64,000 bases of DNA from a virus, in the IMG/VR virus record IMGVR_UViG_3300032249_001164, positions 1-64,000 of that record; one strand, written 5' to 3'. The notes under the pieces were generated by a model that was not told the origin of the DNA, did not search any database, and saw only the letters and a list, made by a program, of their open reading frames with translations. Position 1 is the first letter of the stretch. Every line of letters begins with the position of its first letter. The translations under genes and the position numbers were made by a program. Below are positions 47,525 through 56,843 of the stretch, piece after piece.

Positions 47525-48382
47525 TCACGATCCCTCCCCCACATCCCCCACCTCCGGCACAGGCGAGGCGGCGGGGTGGCCCCAGCGGGCGAGGGCGGCG
47601 CGGGCAAAAGCTCGGAAGGCTTCGATCTGCCACCGCGTTGATCCTGTTTTGCTGTATAAGTTCCACGCCAGCTCGTCTAATTCCTCATCGCTCGGCCCCT
47701 CTTCCACCGGCTCAGTCGCCAGGACGGCGCGGGCGGGGAAAGCGACCATCAATGCTATCTGGCAGGCCGCCGTGACGGCTTCCATCCCTTGGCTGGCATC
47801 AATCGCTGACCAGCCATTGGCAGACCACAGCTGGCAGTAGCCCTGTACAACTCGATCCAGGAAAGTCCCGCCGACCGATTCGATGCGATCAGCAAGGCGA
47901 TGGCCCCGACGCCGCAGCGAATCGGTCAGAGGTAGGTTTAACTAAAGGGTGAGATCGGGCTCCAGCCCAGAGGTGGCCATTTGATTGAGCTGCTTGATCA
48001 GCGCCAGGTCGAGTCCACGGCCATAGCCCTGGTAGGCCATCGTCGAGCCGGTGTAGCGGTCACACAGCACCCAGTTGCCCGCTGCTAAGGCAGGCTCGAT
48101 GATCTGTGCCGTGAGCTGGCTAATGTCGGCGGCATAGAGCATTAGCCCGGCGATGGGGCATGGCTCGGCACCGCTCGGAGGATGCAGTAGCAGCCCCCGC
48201 AAGGCCTGGCCCAGGACCGTGCCGCCCGGTGCTCGGGTGGTGATCAACCTGGCACCCTGGGGCATTAGGCCGCTGGTGGGCAACCAGTCAACCAGGGCCT
48301 GCAGCTGGGTGGTCTTGCCGGAGCCATCGACACCCTCTAGGGCAATGAAGCGCCCACGGGGTAAAGGTGTGGTGAGTGTCAT
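47525..48382 (-). pseudogene. tmk: thymidylate kinase interrupted by in-frame TAG (47942-47944), with phage-type C-terminal extension
   Basis: FIALEGVDGSGKTTQ, LCDRYTGSTMAYQGYGRG, PDLTL*LNLP...ADRIE...IDASQ, all one frame. Confidence 0.85.
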
Positions 48383-48807
48383 GAATAATAAAAAACGGGG
48401 GAACTGGTTTTTGGTTGTTGGGGCATCGGCCCATTAGCGGCCTTTAGTGCAGATTTAGCTAGGTCAAGTTGCTCATGCAAAATGGCATGGCGTCGTCGCG
48501 TTCGCGCTGCAAAACTTTCCCACGCCTCTTCTCTTGTCGGATAAGCAAGGCGTTTCCTGCCAGACGCAAGAACGAATTTAGGTTTTGGGAAGAGCGCTCC
48601 GATTCGAGTTACCCAGCCGCCTGCTGGCGTCACCTTTTTTACCGTAAACTCAGTCAGGATCAGTTCAATGACGGGAAAAACAGGACTAGCGCGTTTCTCG
48701 TCAAAACTGTAATTGTCTTCAAGTTTCCTGAAAGCATCAAACCGATACAGGATTTGTCCAACTACAAACGATTCTTTTTTAGTGTCTTTAGCGTCGAATT
48801 GAAACAT
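48379..48807 (-). CDS. hypothetical phage protein
   Basis: VKKVTPAGGW...KRLAYPTREEAWESF.AR. Confidence 0.7.
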   Translation of the reverse strand: MFQFDAKDTKKESFVVGQILYRFDAFRKLEDNYSFDEKRASPVFPVIELILTEFTVKKVTPAGGWVTRIGALFPKPKFVLASGRKRLAYPTREEAWESFAARTRRRHAILHEQLDLAKSALKAANGPMPQQPKTSSPVFYYS

Positions 48808-48910
48808 GTCGAGGTGATGGCGAGGGTCGGGAGGGTGGTAACTGCGATTACGATTGCATAAACCAGCAGCCAGGAAAATCCAATTGCCAGCAGGCTGTTG
48901 ATCACTGTTT

Positions 48911-50557
48911 TCAAGCCCTCGCCAGCGTTACGCTCTCGATCTGACCCTGGTACTTACCTGACCGATCCTCGTAGCTAGTGCCGCATGGCTCACCACTGAA
49001 GAACAGAGCCTGTACGATTCCTTCGTTGGCATAAATTCGTACATCGGCATCGCTACTATTGCTGAACTCCAGTGTTAAATGGCCATGCCACGAGTTACCT
49101 GTCCATGAAACCCTGCCTCGATGGCGCATTAAGAAAACGTGTGACGGCACCGTTAAGTCGTACACAAAGCCAGAGTACGGAATTTCTTCACAGTTTTCGG
49201 GTGAAATCCTTGACGGACTCGGATTGCGAGAGGAAAAGCGACAAACGTGGCTGGCAAATGTTTTTCCGTTAATGGTGCTTTCTTTTGCCCAGCATGTGGC
49301 GTAGTCTCCAATCTTGAGGCATATCTCCTGAAAGTCGTCAACCAACTGCTTGCTAACGCTGACATAGGTAGAGGTTTGGATATTTCCGTCAGAATGCATC
49401 ATGCCCTCGCGGATCAAGGCGAGTTGATCAGCTGGAAGATTGATATACTCCCTGGGAATGCGCTTATTGCGAGCGCCCCTGAATTGCATTAAGTAAAGGC
49501 AAGTTGCCTTGTGGTGAAATGCAAAACCGTACCCTGTCTCACTAAAGTTGACACCAAGAGATTGCAGGACTTCCTTGAAATAGGCTCGTTTGCGCTCTTT
49601 CGTGACAACAGCGAGCTTGATGACGTAGTTGCCGCCTGATTGCACATAGGTCGAGCCATCCCCCAGCCAGCACCCCAAGAATCTGAGCCATGCATTTGTC
49701 GGATATTCGCGCTCACCAATGGTCACAGTATTGCCAATCCTGGAGCCAAGCCAGTCAACATCCCGAGACAGGTAGAGATTGTGCTTGCCAAATACTGTCT
49801 GAGCCTCAACACGCTCAAACGGGTAGGCCATTGACGCCTTGCGACGGACGCCTGCAACTCGTCCAGGTGCATAGCCCGCCTCGGCCTCAATCCGCCGCTT
49901 GGAGATCGCTGCCCACATCATGTGGCCCGGAGTTACAACCTGCGAAACCACTTTGCTCTGAAATGAGAGCATTTTGCCATTAAAGTGATAGCGGTGGAAA
50001 TCTTGCACCGGCTGGTAGACGGCTTTCGTGTTATCCAGACACATAACCTCCTCGCCAGTGAGAACTTCTGAAATTAACTTCCATCCAGTTCTGCAGAGGA
50101 CTTCGGTATCTTCAGAGAGACACGCTTCACCCGGAGTTAGATTAGCAATTACCCCGCACCTAGCGTATGTACTTTTTCCAATGAAGAGAGCTGTAATATT
50201 AGGTGGTATTCTTAGGTGTTCTAGCGCTACGCCTAACCCGTAACTATGGTGCGGCAAGACGAAAAACTTTCCCCACCTGTCTTCCTGGAGTTCTACTGGC
50301 TGCAGGTTGATTTCACTGAATGCTTTTGGGTTGACCACCGTACCAGGTACGTGCCTGAAAACCAAAAACTCTTTTGGAGATAAGCGCAAGTCATAGCCGT
50401 AGCTACTGGCGCCGTAGCTAATGGCGGGTATCACAAGCTGACTGGCACCGTCTAGCGTTTCGCCGTGCTCAATACGACGAATCAGTTTAGGCACGAAGGG
50501 CGTAATCATGCCCTTTTCTGCCAGTAGCTTAATGGCTGTGTCGTTAAGGATGGTCAC
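48911..50557 (-). CDS. dcd: dCTP deaminase containing an intein
   Basis: ISYGASSYGYDLRL, GKSTYARCG, TPGEA|intein|SWHGHLTLEFSN, YANEGIVQ, GKYQGQ. Confidence 0.93.
   Translation of the reverse strand: MTILNDTAIKLLAEKGMITPFVPKLIRRIEHGETLDGASQLVIPAISYGASSYGYDLRLSPKEFLVFRHVPGTVVNPKAFSEINLQPVELQEDRWGKFFVLPHHSYGLGVALEHLRIPPNITALFIGKSTYARCGVIANLTPGEACLSEDTEVLCRTGWKLISEVLTGEEVMCLDNTKAVYQPVQDFHRYHFNGKMLSFQSKVVSQVVTPGHMMWAAISKRRIEAEAGYAPGRVAGVRRKASMAYPFERVEAQTVFGKHNLYLSRDVDWLGSRIGNTVTIGEREYPTNAWLRFLGCWLGDGSTYVQSGGNYVIKLAVVTKERKRAYFKEVLQSLGVNFSETGYGFAFHHKATCLYLMQFRGARNKRIPREYINLPADQLALIREGMMHSDGNIQTSTYVSVSKQLVDDFQEICLKIGDYATCWAKESTINGKTFASHVCRFSSRNPSPSRISPENCEEIPYSGFVYDLTVPSHVFLMRHRGRVSWTGNSWHGHLTLEFSNSSDADVRIYANEGIVQALFFSGEPCGTSYEDRSGKYQGQIESVTLARA
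49094..50122 (-). mobile_element. intein (343 aa) with LAGLIDADG homing endonuclease
   Basis: Starts CLSEDTEV, block B VTPGH, FLGCWLGDGS and GMMHSDG, block F VYDLTV, ends WTGN before Ser+1. Confidence 0.92.
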
Positions 50558-51009
50558 TTTGTTTTTGGGGGTTGTGGAAGAATGGGCAGTATTCCATCAG
50601 CGACTAAGGCTTGACGAATTAGTTCGCTAATGGTTGTGTGACGGGATTTTGCGGCATTGCAAAGGCGCTTGCGCTCATTTGTGTTGACACTTATTACAAC
50701 ACGTAGCGACCTTTTGGTGCCCCGTTCATCTGTTTTTTGCTTTTCCTGCAAGTCTTGTTGTTTGAGGAGTAGATAGCGGAGGAAAGAGGTTGTTCTAGGC
50801 TTGACTGGGGCATGGCTTTTGTTATTTGAGTTTTGTGTAGTTTGGTTGATGTGTTCGCATGGTGGGCCGAACCATGCCTCATCCTTTTCCCTGGTTCGCC
50901 AGACGTGGCCACAGGATCTACAGCATCGACGGCGAACTATGCTTTCAAAAGTGTCGTGCCTGCTTTCTTTGACGCAGATCGACACACTTCCGCATTCAGG
51001 GCAAAGCAT
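50554..51009 (-). CDS. NrdR-type zinc ribbon fused to RHH domain
   Basis: CPECG...VKESR...RRRCCRSCGHVWRTRE; C-terminal RVVISV...AAKSRHTTISELIRQAL. Confidence 0.7.
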   Translation of the reverse strand: MLCPECGSVSICVKESRHDTFESIVRRRCCRSCGHVWRTREKDEAWFGPPCEHINQTTQNSNNKSHAPVKPRTTSFLRYLLLKQQDLQEKQKTDERGTKRSLRVVISVNTNERKRLCNAAKSRHTTISELIRQALVADGILPILPQPPKTK

Positions 51010-51050
51010 TATTCAGGGGGTACATGGTCAATTAGTGCTTACGGGAGTTG

Positions 51051-51542
51051 TCACATCAATGGCTGATTGCTTCCTGAATTTTTAAATCGGAATCTTGATA
51101 GCTTTAGGTGATCTGGTATTGGTATGATGACTTCCATGTCACGCAGGGCGTCATTAGTAGTACGCCTTAGTTCCACAATGTCTTCGTGAGTCCAGGTTGC
51201 CCCGGAGAGACCCTGTACTGACAGGATTTCGGAGAGAATCTGCAGCTGCTTACGGGTGAACATTGTTGTTTCTTGGTGGGTTGGAGTAGTTTTCGTCTTC
51301 AGCTGGGCCAGAGTTGCCAGCAATGTGTCTACCTTTGCATTGTGCTCATCGGCACCACAGTCGCATTCATAGCCCTTTTGCTCATTACTGGAGCCGCCAT
51401 CAGCCTTGGGACAGGTATACCAGCTGTCTTCGCAGCAATAATGGTTGCGGCGAGCAAGTGTGGCTATTTCAGCGCAGAGCTGTTCGAGGTTGTTCATGGA
51501 TAGAAAGGGCTTCTGTCTTGATTGGCTAGCCAGTTCCACCAC
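51051..51542 (-). CDS. hypothetical Cys-containing protein
   Basis: HYCCEDSWYTCPK...CDCGADEHN. Confidence 0.6.
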   Translation of the reverse strand: MVELASQSRQKPFLSMNNLEQLCAEIATLARRNHYCCEDSWYTCPKADGGSSNEQKGYECDCGADEHNAKVDTLLATLAQLKTKTTPTHQETTMFTRKQLQILSEILSVQGLSGATWTHEDIVELRRTTNDALRDMEVIIPIPDHLKLSRFRFKNSGSNQPLM

Positions 51543-51864
51543 TCACCCATCGTGTTGATAAATGCAAACATTCCAGGTTTGTCGTGATCATGGGCAATGA
51601 TCTCGTTCGTTAGCGGGTGAACGGAAGTCAAGCGCTTTTGGTTGCTCCAGTAAAAGCGACCAATGTGGCCGCCGTCACAGCCAATAGCCATCAATTCGGC
51701 TGGGGCGAAAGGTTTATCAAGGCAAGACATGGATTACTTATTTTTGTTGGAAGAGAGGATCAAGATGGTCATGACGCAGAGGCAAGTAAGTAAAGTAATT
51801 ACCACGAATGCGTTAAAAACTTTTTCAGCCGCTAGGAGCCAAAAGGTAATTGATAGCGGATCTA

Positions 51865-52440
51865 TCATTGCGTCTTCTCGGCGTGTCGGCTTTCAACTTG
51901 CTTGAGCAGCAGCGCCATCCTGTCAAGGGTTTCTTTTCGTTGCCAGTAATTAACGGTAGTGTGGCTCATGGTACCCAGCCACGCCCTAAGCACGTCAACC
52001 ATGACACAAAAATCCACAGCATCTATGGTAACTGGAAGTGAATTCGGAAGAAGTGGTGCCGAGATGGGTAACGGGGAGCTTGAGCCAACAGAAACACCAT
52101 CCACGTGATCAACTGTGTTTGCTTTTTTGACTTGCTCAGGGGTGAACGTCTCCCTGGCTTCAACAAGGTGAAAGATGCGTTTTTTGTATTTCCTCAGCAT
52201 CAGAACAATTTTCTTTGCTTCTTCAAGTGTGTCAAATCTTTGTGTGATCTCCCCGCCTCTGATGTTTTCTGACTTATGAATAGCAAACCTAACTCTCAGT
52301 AAATCTGTGTCAAAATATTCTTCAATGCGATAGTCGGGTTCTACACTGGCCTCGGGCTCCGAAAGGTGGCAGGGCTGGATCTCTGGGGAAGGCTTGTCTT
52401 GCGGAAGTGGCAGTTCGCCGAATGAAAGCTTTTGAGACAT
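51865..52440 (-). CDS. hypothetical protein
   Basis: ATG downstream of TTGACA-18-GATAAT promoter near 52498-52527. Confidence 0.55.
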   Translation of the reverse strand: MSQKLSFGELPLPQDKPSPEIQPCHLSEPEASVEPDYRIEEYFDTDLLRVRFAIHKSENIRGGEITQRFDTLEEAKKIVLMLRKYKKRIFHLVEARETFTPEQVKKANTVDHVDGVSVGSSSPLPISAPLLPNSLPVTIDAVDFCVMVDVLRAWLGTMSHTTVNYWQRKETLDRMALLLKQVESRHAEKTQ

Positions 52441-52625
52441 GAGCGTGACTTTTCCTGAAATCGGGTTGCGTGGTATCGCGAGCCCGCTGGCACTTTGATT
52501 ATCCCACACCCATAGGTGGCCTGTCAAGACATTCGCCAGCAGGGATCACTGATGGCAGATCGAGGCGTTGACGAGCGGGATACGGGTGCTGGAAGAAAAA
52601 AAATGCAGTCCATGCCAGCCGTGAG

Positions 52626-53102
52626 GTGATTGGCTCGCAAAAACACGGAAAGGCTGTTTTCAATGGTAAACTGGTGCTGCCCGTTCAAAAAGAGCATTTT
52701 GCCGTGAAGCCTTGTAATTCCTTTCAGGTCAAGAAAATTTCTTTTGGCGACTGCGTAGCCTGGATATTACAGCTTAAAACTTTGGATGGTGATTTGTATT
52801 CCAGAACCTATAGACAAACGAAAGCCGCTCTCATGTCTGATGGTAGACAGGCTGCTGCTATAGGACTACTGGAAGCTCGTCGTGCTCTTCGGGAGTGCGT
52901 AAGGCAGGCTGATGCCGAGGACAGCACCAAAACTATTTACGATAGGTGGGAGACTAGGTGGTTAAACAATCTCCATAATTTCCATAGGCTTACATGGCAA
53001 GTCGATGCCGGGAATAACGCTAAGAATAATGCTAGAATTCTTGAGGTTGGGCTGACAGTTAGGCGGCCAGACAGTCCTTTTAGGTTTACGGGGGCAGGTT
53101 AA
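52626..53102 (+). CDS. hypothetical protein
   Basis: 158 aa isolated plus-strand ORF. Confidence 0.55.
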   Translation: MIGSQKHGKAVFNGKLVLPVQKEHFAVKPCNSFQVKKISFGDCVAWILQLKTLDGDLYSRTYRQTKAALMSDGRQAAAIGLLEARRALRECVRQADAEDSTKTIYDRWETRWLNNLHNFHRLTWQVDAGNNAKNNARILEVGLTVRRPDSPFRFTGAG

Positions 53103-53496
53103 TGAGGAGTGGCTTGGGGTACGGTAATACTGGGGTGTAGGGTAATGTAATGATAATGGGGTAAGTTGTAAGCTAGGTTAGTTGTAAGGAAGGTGGTGGT
53201 GGAATGGGGAAAAAAGTTAGGGAGGGGGGTAACCGTACACCACGCCCTCTCCAACCTCCCACCCCCCCTACATCCAACCTGCAAGATGTAACCTCATTTT
53301 TCGCAACCGCAAACCTATTAGACTTGACATACATTAAGCCAGATGGTGACTCAGGACATAGCATAACATATTGTTTGACTACATCTAACGGTGGTAGTGT
53401 AAGCTTGCACATGTTTGTGGGTCGAGTTAGGTTGAGATAGAGAGAGGAGGGTTAGGTTGGGCTGGGGCCTATTGCTAGGCCCCGCAATTCTAGGGT

Positions 53497-54099
53497 TTAC
53501 TTTTTAGCGTAGAAGTCTCGAACTAATGCGATGCCACTAGGTCGCATAACAGCGAAGCGACCGGCCACGTTAGCCACTTGAGCTAACAGGTTAGTCTGAC
53601 CGCTGCCTGTCAGAACTTGCGACCATTTACGGGCTTTTTGTAGTTGGGGCGCTGTAGCTAGGACCGTCAGTAGTACCGGGACTGGCAGTAAGCCACCATT
53701 GGCAGCGCTTTCGCCAGCGTGCAGGCGGTGCCCTGCCCAGTCATTTTGCAATGCCGCCCAAATGACTAACAGCAATGGATCATGGCGCCTTGGCGGACAT
53801 ACAGGGCCGTCTAGGGCCGATAAATCCTTTGGCGCTGCCACAAAGGCCGGCTCACCCGCGATCTGGGCGCCCGGTCCTCTGGCGGGGAACCGTGCGGGAA
53901 GCTCCATGGGAACGGCAAGCGCTGCGGCAGCCGATACGGTGGCCGGTGACCAGGCCACGGGGAGAACCGCTGGCTTTGGCTTGGCAGATGCAACAACAGC
54001 AGACTGTCTCATTGCAGCGATCATCGCATCGAGCGATAGCAGCAGTCCAGAATCATCAGGTTCTGGCGCAGATACAACTTTCTTGGGTGCGCTGGTCAT
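53497..54099 (-). CDS. hypothetical Ala/Pro-rich protein
   Basis: Own promoter TTGCCA-18-TATAAT (about 54155-54184) and downstream GC hairpin with GCAA loop. Confidence 0.65.
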   Translation of the reverse strand: MTSAPKKVVSAPEPDDSGLLLSLDAMIAAMRQSAVVASAKPKPAVLPVAWSPATVSAAAALAVPMELPARFPARGPGAQIAGEPAFVAAPKDLSALDGPVCPPRRHDPLLLVIWAALQNDWAGHRLHAGESAANGGLLPVPVLLTVLATAPQLQKARKWSQVLTGSGQTNLLAQVANVAGRFAVMRPSGIALVRDFYAKK

Positions 54100-54540
54100 G
54101 GCATGGTTTGCTAGGTGGATACAGCTTCGCCCTTGTGGCCGTTGCTGCCCTCAAATTATAGGCGGTGAACCTGTTAGGTGGCAAGCCCTGGCAGCTTTTA
54201 AGGTCTGGCGGTTCGCAAACCGTAACATTAGCCGGCTTCCAGCCTTTGCTTTTTCGCAATTTTGCTTGTGCTGCCAACGTGCTACCTGTCACCAGCTGCG
54301 GCCAGAATCGACCAAAAATGGCAAACTACAAACAATCGGAGCCGTGCTCCAATTAACCTAAATCTCTTAAAGTCTTCAGTTCAGTAGCAACGGCGAGCCG
54401 CCAAACTATCACTACGCCAAACCACAATTCAATCAGCCAACGTGCAACGTATAAAGTATAGCCGAGCGGGATAGTGAACATAACAATTATCGCGTACTTT
54501 GTAGCGCAAACCCTATGTAAATACAGTTTGATGTAGGACC

Positions 54541-54890
54541 TGTAACCCATAAGCTGTAAGGTGTCAATCGTAACTTATGCCACGTAAAGTGCAAGGCATA
54601 AGGTGTAACTAGTAACCAGTAGCTAATAGTTTGTAAACTGTAAACTGTAAACTGTAACCTGTAAGGTGTAACCTACAACATGTAACCTGTAACCTACAAC
54701 ATGTAACCTACAACCTGCAACGTGTAACCTGTAAGGCGTAACGTGTAACCTGTAAGGCGTAACCTACAAGGTGCAACGTGTAACCTACAACCTACAACCT
54801 ACAACCTACAACCTGCAACCTACAGCCCGTAGCGTGCAAGGTGCAAGGTGCAGGGTGTGGCGTGTGGCGTGTGGCGTGTGGCGTGTGGCG
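54541..54890. repeat. array of 50 in-phase degenerate heptamers
   Basis: TGTAACC, TACAACC, TGCAACC/G, TGTAAGG, TGTAAAC, TGTGGCG units with no phase break. Confidence 0.92.
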
Positions 54891-55148
54891 TGAATGATTT
54901 AATGTGTAAGGTGAATGGCTAAGCGAATGCAATTCAAGGCGCATACTGAGTGAATGGCTTTTAAGCTGTAATCCTGAATGAATGGTGAATGGCCGCGGCA
55001 TGTAACATCAAATGAATGGCCTCGGCAGATAATATTGCATGAATGGCTTTAGGGTTAAATGGGTGAATGCAATTTTGAATGAATGGCCTCAGGGTTGAAT
55101 GGGTGAATGAATGGCCGCGATACTGAACCTGCAACCTGTAACCTGTAG
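54891..55148. repeat. dispersed TGAATGG(C) repeats, then a few more heptamers
   Basis: More than 10 GAATG cores, six TGAATGGC; ends TGCAACC TGTAACC TGTAGAG. Confidence 0.85.
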
Positions 55149-55151
55149 AGT

Positions 55152-55724
55152 TCAGGGTTCATCGAAAGTCCCTGGATCTTCTAAATCGTTGCCATCAGGA
55201 TCAAGATCAGGCGATGGCAAGGCAGAAGGTCGATTCTTCTCAATTGCATTAAAGTAAGTGCTAACTAGGAAACCTCTTACCTGTCCAGATCCAGCCCTGA
55301 GCAAGAAAGGACTGAGAATGTAAAGTTTTTCCCCTGTTCTTGAGTCTGTAATAGGAACCAGTAAGTACCGCTCTTTTAGTCTCCTAATACTTGGGTACAA
55401 TGTTTTTCGCTTATGTCCAAGTATTTCAGCAACTTTTTGTGTCGTTAACCTGCAACGTCCTGTTCTCCAGTCTGAGTGAATAATGTATACCATCAAGACG
55501 ACAAAATCTTTATTTTGAAGTTTATTCGCTGAAATATCTAAAATTAAACTGCGAAGTCCACCAACCTGAAGGCTTAGGAACCTATCTCCATCGTCGGGGT
55601 CCAACCCCGAATCCTCAAGGTCCAAGCCTTGACCAATGCCGTTTTGGTATAAATTGATACCGTTTTCGCTGGATTCAGTCACAATCGAGTCATACCAAGG
55701 GGTTTGGGCTCTGTGCCGCAACAC
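55152..55724 (-). CDS. winged-HTH protein, RepL-like
   Basis: RLTTQKVAEILGHKRKTLYPSIRRLKERYLL...YILSPFL. Confidence 0.65.
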   Translation of the reverse strand: MLRHRAQTPWYDSIVTESSENGINLYQNGIGQGLDLEDSGLDPDDGDRFLSLQVGGLRSLILDISANKLQNKDFVVLMVYIIHSDWRTGRCRLTTQKVAEILGHKRKTLYPSIRRLKERYLLVPITDSRTGEKLYILSPFLLRAGSGQVRGFLVSTYFNAIEKNRPSALPSPDLDPDGNDLEDPGTFDEP

Positions 55725-55977
55725 TAAGGTACCACGTTAGATGGAACAAAGTCTATCCAGACGGGGTTGATTTTCCGATGGTACAGAGCTGAGATCCCTT
55801 GGTATGACAGGGCCGTTTTGCAGTCCTCTTAATTCTCTATCTAATGTCTGGATCGGAAATTTCCCAGCAGGCAGCCCGAAGGTCGTTCTCGACCCCCTCG
55901 AAGGTCCAACCCGCAAGGTCGAAAGTGCAGCCTGCAGGGTCGGGGTAAGAGGCCAGCAGGGGTGGAATAGCCTGGAA

Positions 55978-56772
55978 TTAGTCACTATCAGCTTCTTCCA
56001 GGGCAATTAGCAAATTATCGACACCAAGGGCACTACTTTGAAGGCTCTTACCAACATCAGCAAGCTTGGCTGCAACATTTAACATACCAGGTAAATCTCT
56101 TGTATCTAGCGGTTTATCGTCATCTAACATTTTGGACAGTGTAGAATTCGCCAGTAATGCAATACGTGCAGCATTCAGGGTTAATTGCTGACCTAAAGCC
56201 TCTTGTTCTTGGCGATATTTCTCTAATTTACGAATATGAAGGTCATGTTTAGCATCTTGAGACTGTTTCATCTTCTTTACAAGCTCTGCCCTGTCGTAAT
56301 CCTCGGTTCTACGCTTCCAACTGTTCTTTGCACTTACTTTACTTAGTGCCGAGGGTGTAACGTTGGATACCACTGAGATATATTGAAGGGAACGCCCCCC
56401 ACCGTACATACAATAAAGTTTGAACAGCTCGAATTCCTTGTCAGTTTCGTTAGTAGCGAGGTAGCTTCTCTTATCCCAAGAGTTGCTAGAAGAGGTGGTG
56501 GTAGTTAGGGTGTGATGTACCGCGAGTAAATCTTTAGTAGTTGGGGGTGCATCGTCAGGGTCAACCTCGATAGATTCATCATCCATCAGGGCTTCCTCAA
56601 GTGCGTCCTTAAATGTTTCACCTTCACCTTCCTTAACATCATCCTCAATCTCTCCGTATTCATTGAGATTTCCTGTAAATTCTTCAACTTCACCTTCGTC
56701 GGTGAATCCCTGTAGATCATTCCTTAAGGTATCAGCAGCTTCATTCAGGTGCTCAAAATCTTGGGGGTTCAC
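55978..56772 (-). CDS. probable terminase small subunit with acidic N-terminus
   Basis: ETDKEFELFKLY...GRSL...NSWKRR..YD HTH followed by helical oligomerisation region. Confidence 0.55.
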   Translation of the reverse strand: MNPQDFEHLNEAADTLRNDLQGFTDEGEVEEFTGNLNEYGEIEDDVKEGEGETFKDALEEALMDDESIEVDPDDAPPTTKDLLAVHHTLTTTTSSSNSWDKRSYLATNETDKEFELFKLYCMYGGGRSLQYISVVSNVTPSALSKVSAKNSWKRRTEDYDRAELVKKMKQSQDAKHDLHIRKLEKYRQEQEALGQQLTLNAARIALLANSTLSKMLDDDKPLDTRDLPGMLNVAAKLADVGKSLQSSALGVDNLLIALEEADSD

Positions 56773-56843
56773 GTTGGGTAATCAGCTTCCAGGATTCTAA
56801 CAACAATCATCAGCGGTAGTGTCGGGGTTTACGTTGGGGCTGG

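Noticed and set aside
2102-47944. Genome-wide stop codon reassignment (TAG or TAA read as sense)
   Set aside because: TAG and TAA end many normal genes (sigma, adaptor and tail genes, sak). The two internal stops are different codons needing different amino acids. The in-frame TAG junction at 2111 is compatible with chance.
54632-54830. Telomere-like GGTTACA repeats implying telomerase-type synthesis
   Set aside because: No reverse transcriptase or template RNA is visible and the array is internal; the likeness to a fungal telomere unit is probably coincidence.
54792-55001. 69 aa ORF over the repeats
   Set aside because: Translation simply mirrors the DNA repeats; no coding signal.
54541-55148. 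CRISPR array
   Set aside because: No constant 23-47 bp repeat with unique spacers and no cas genes; the unit is 7 bp.
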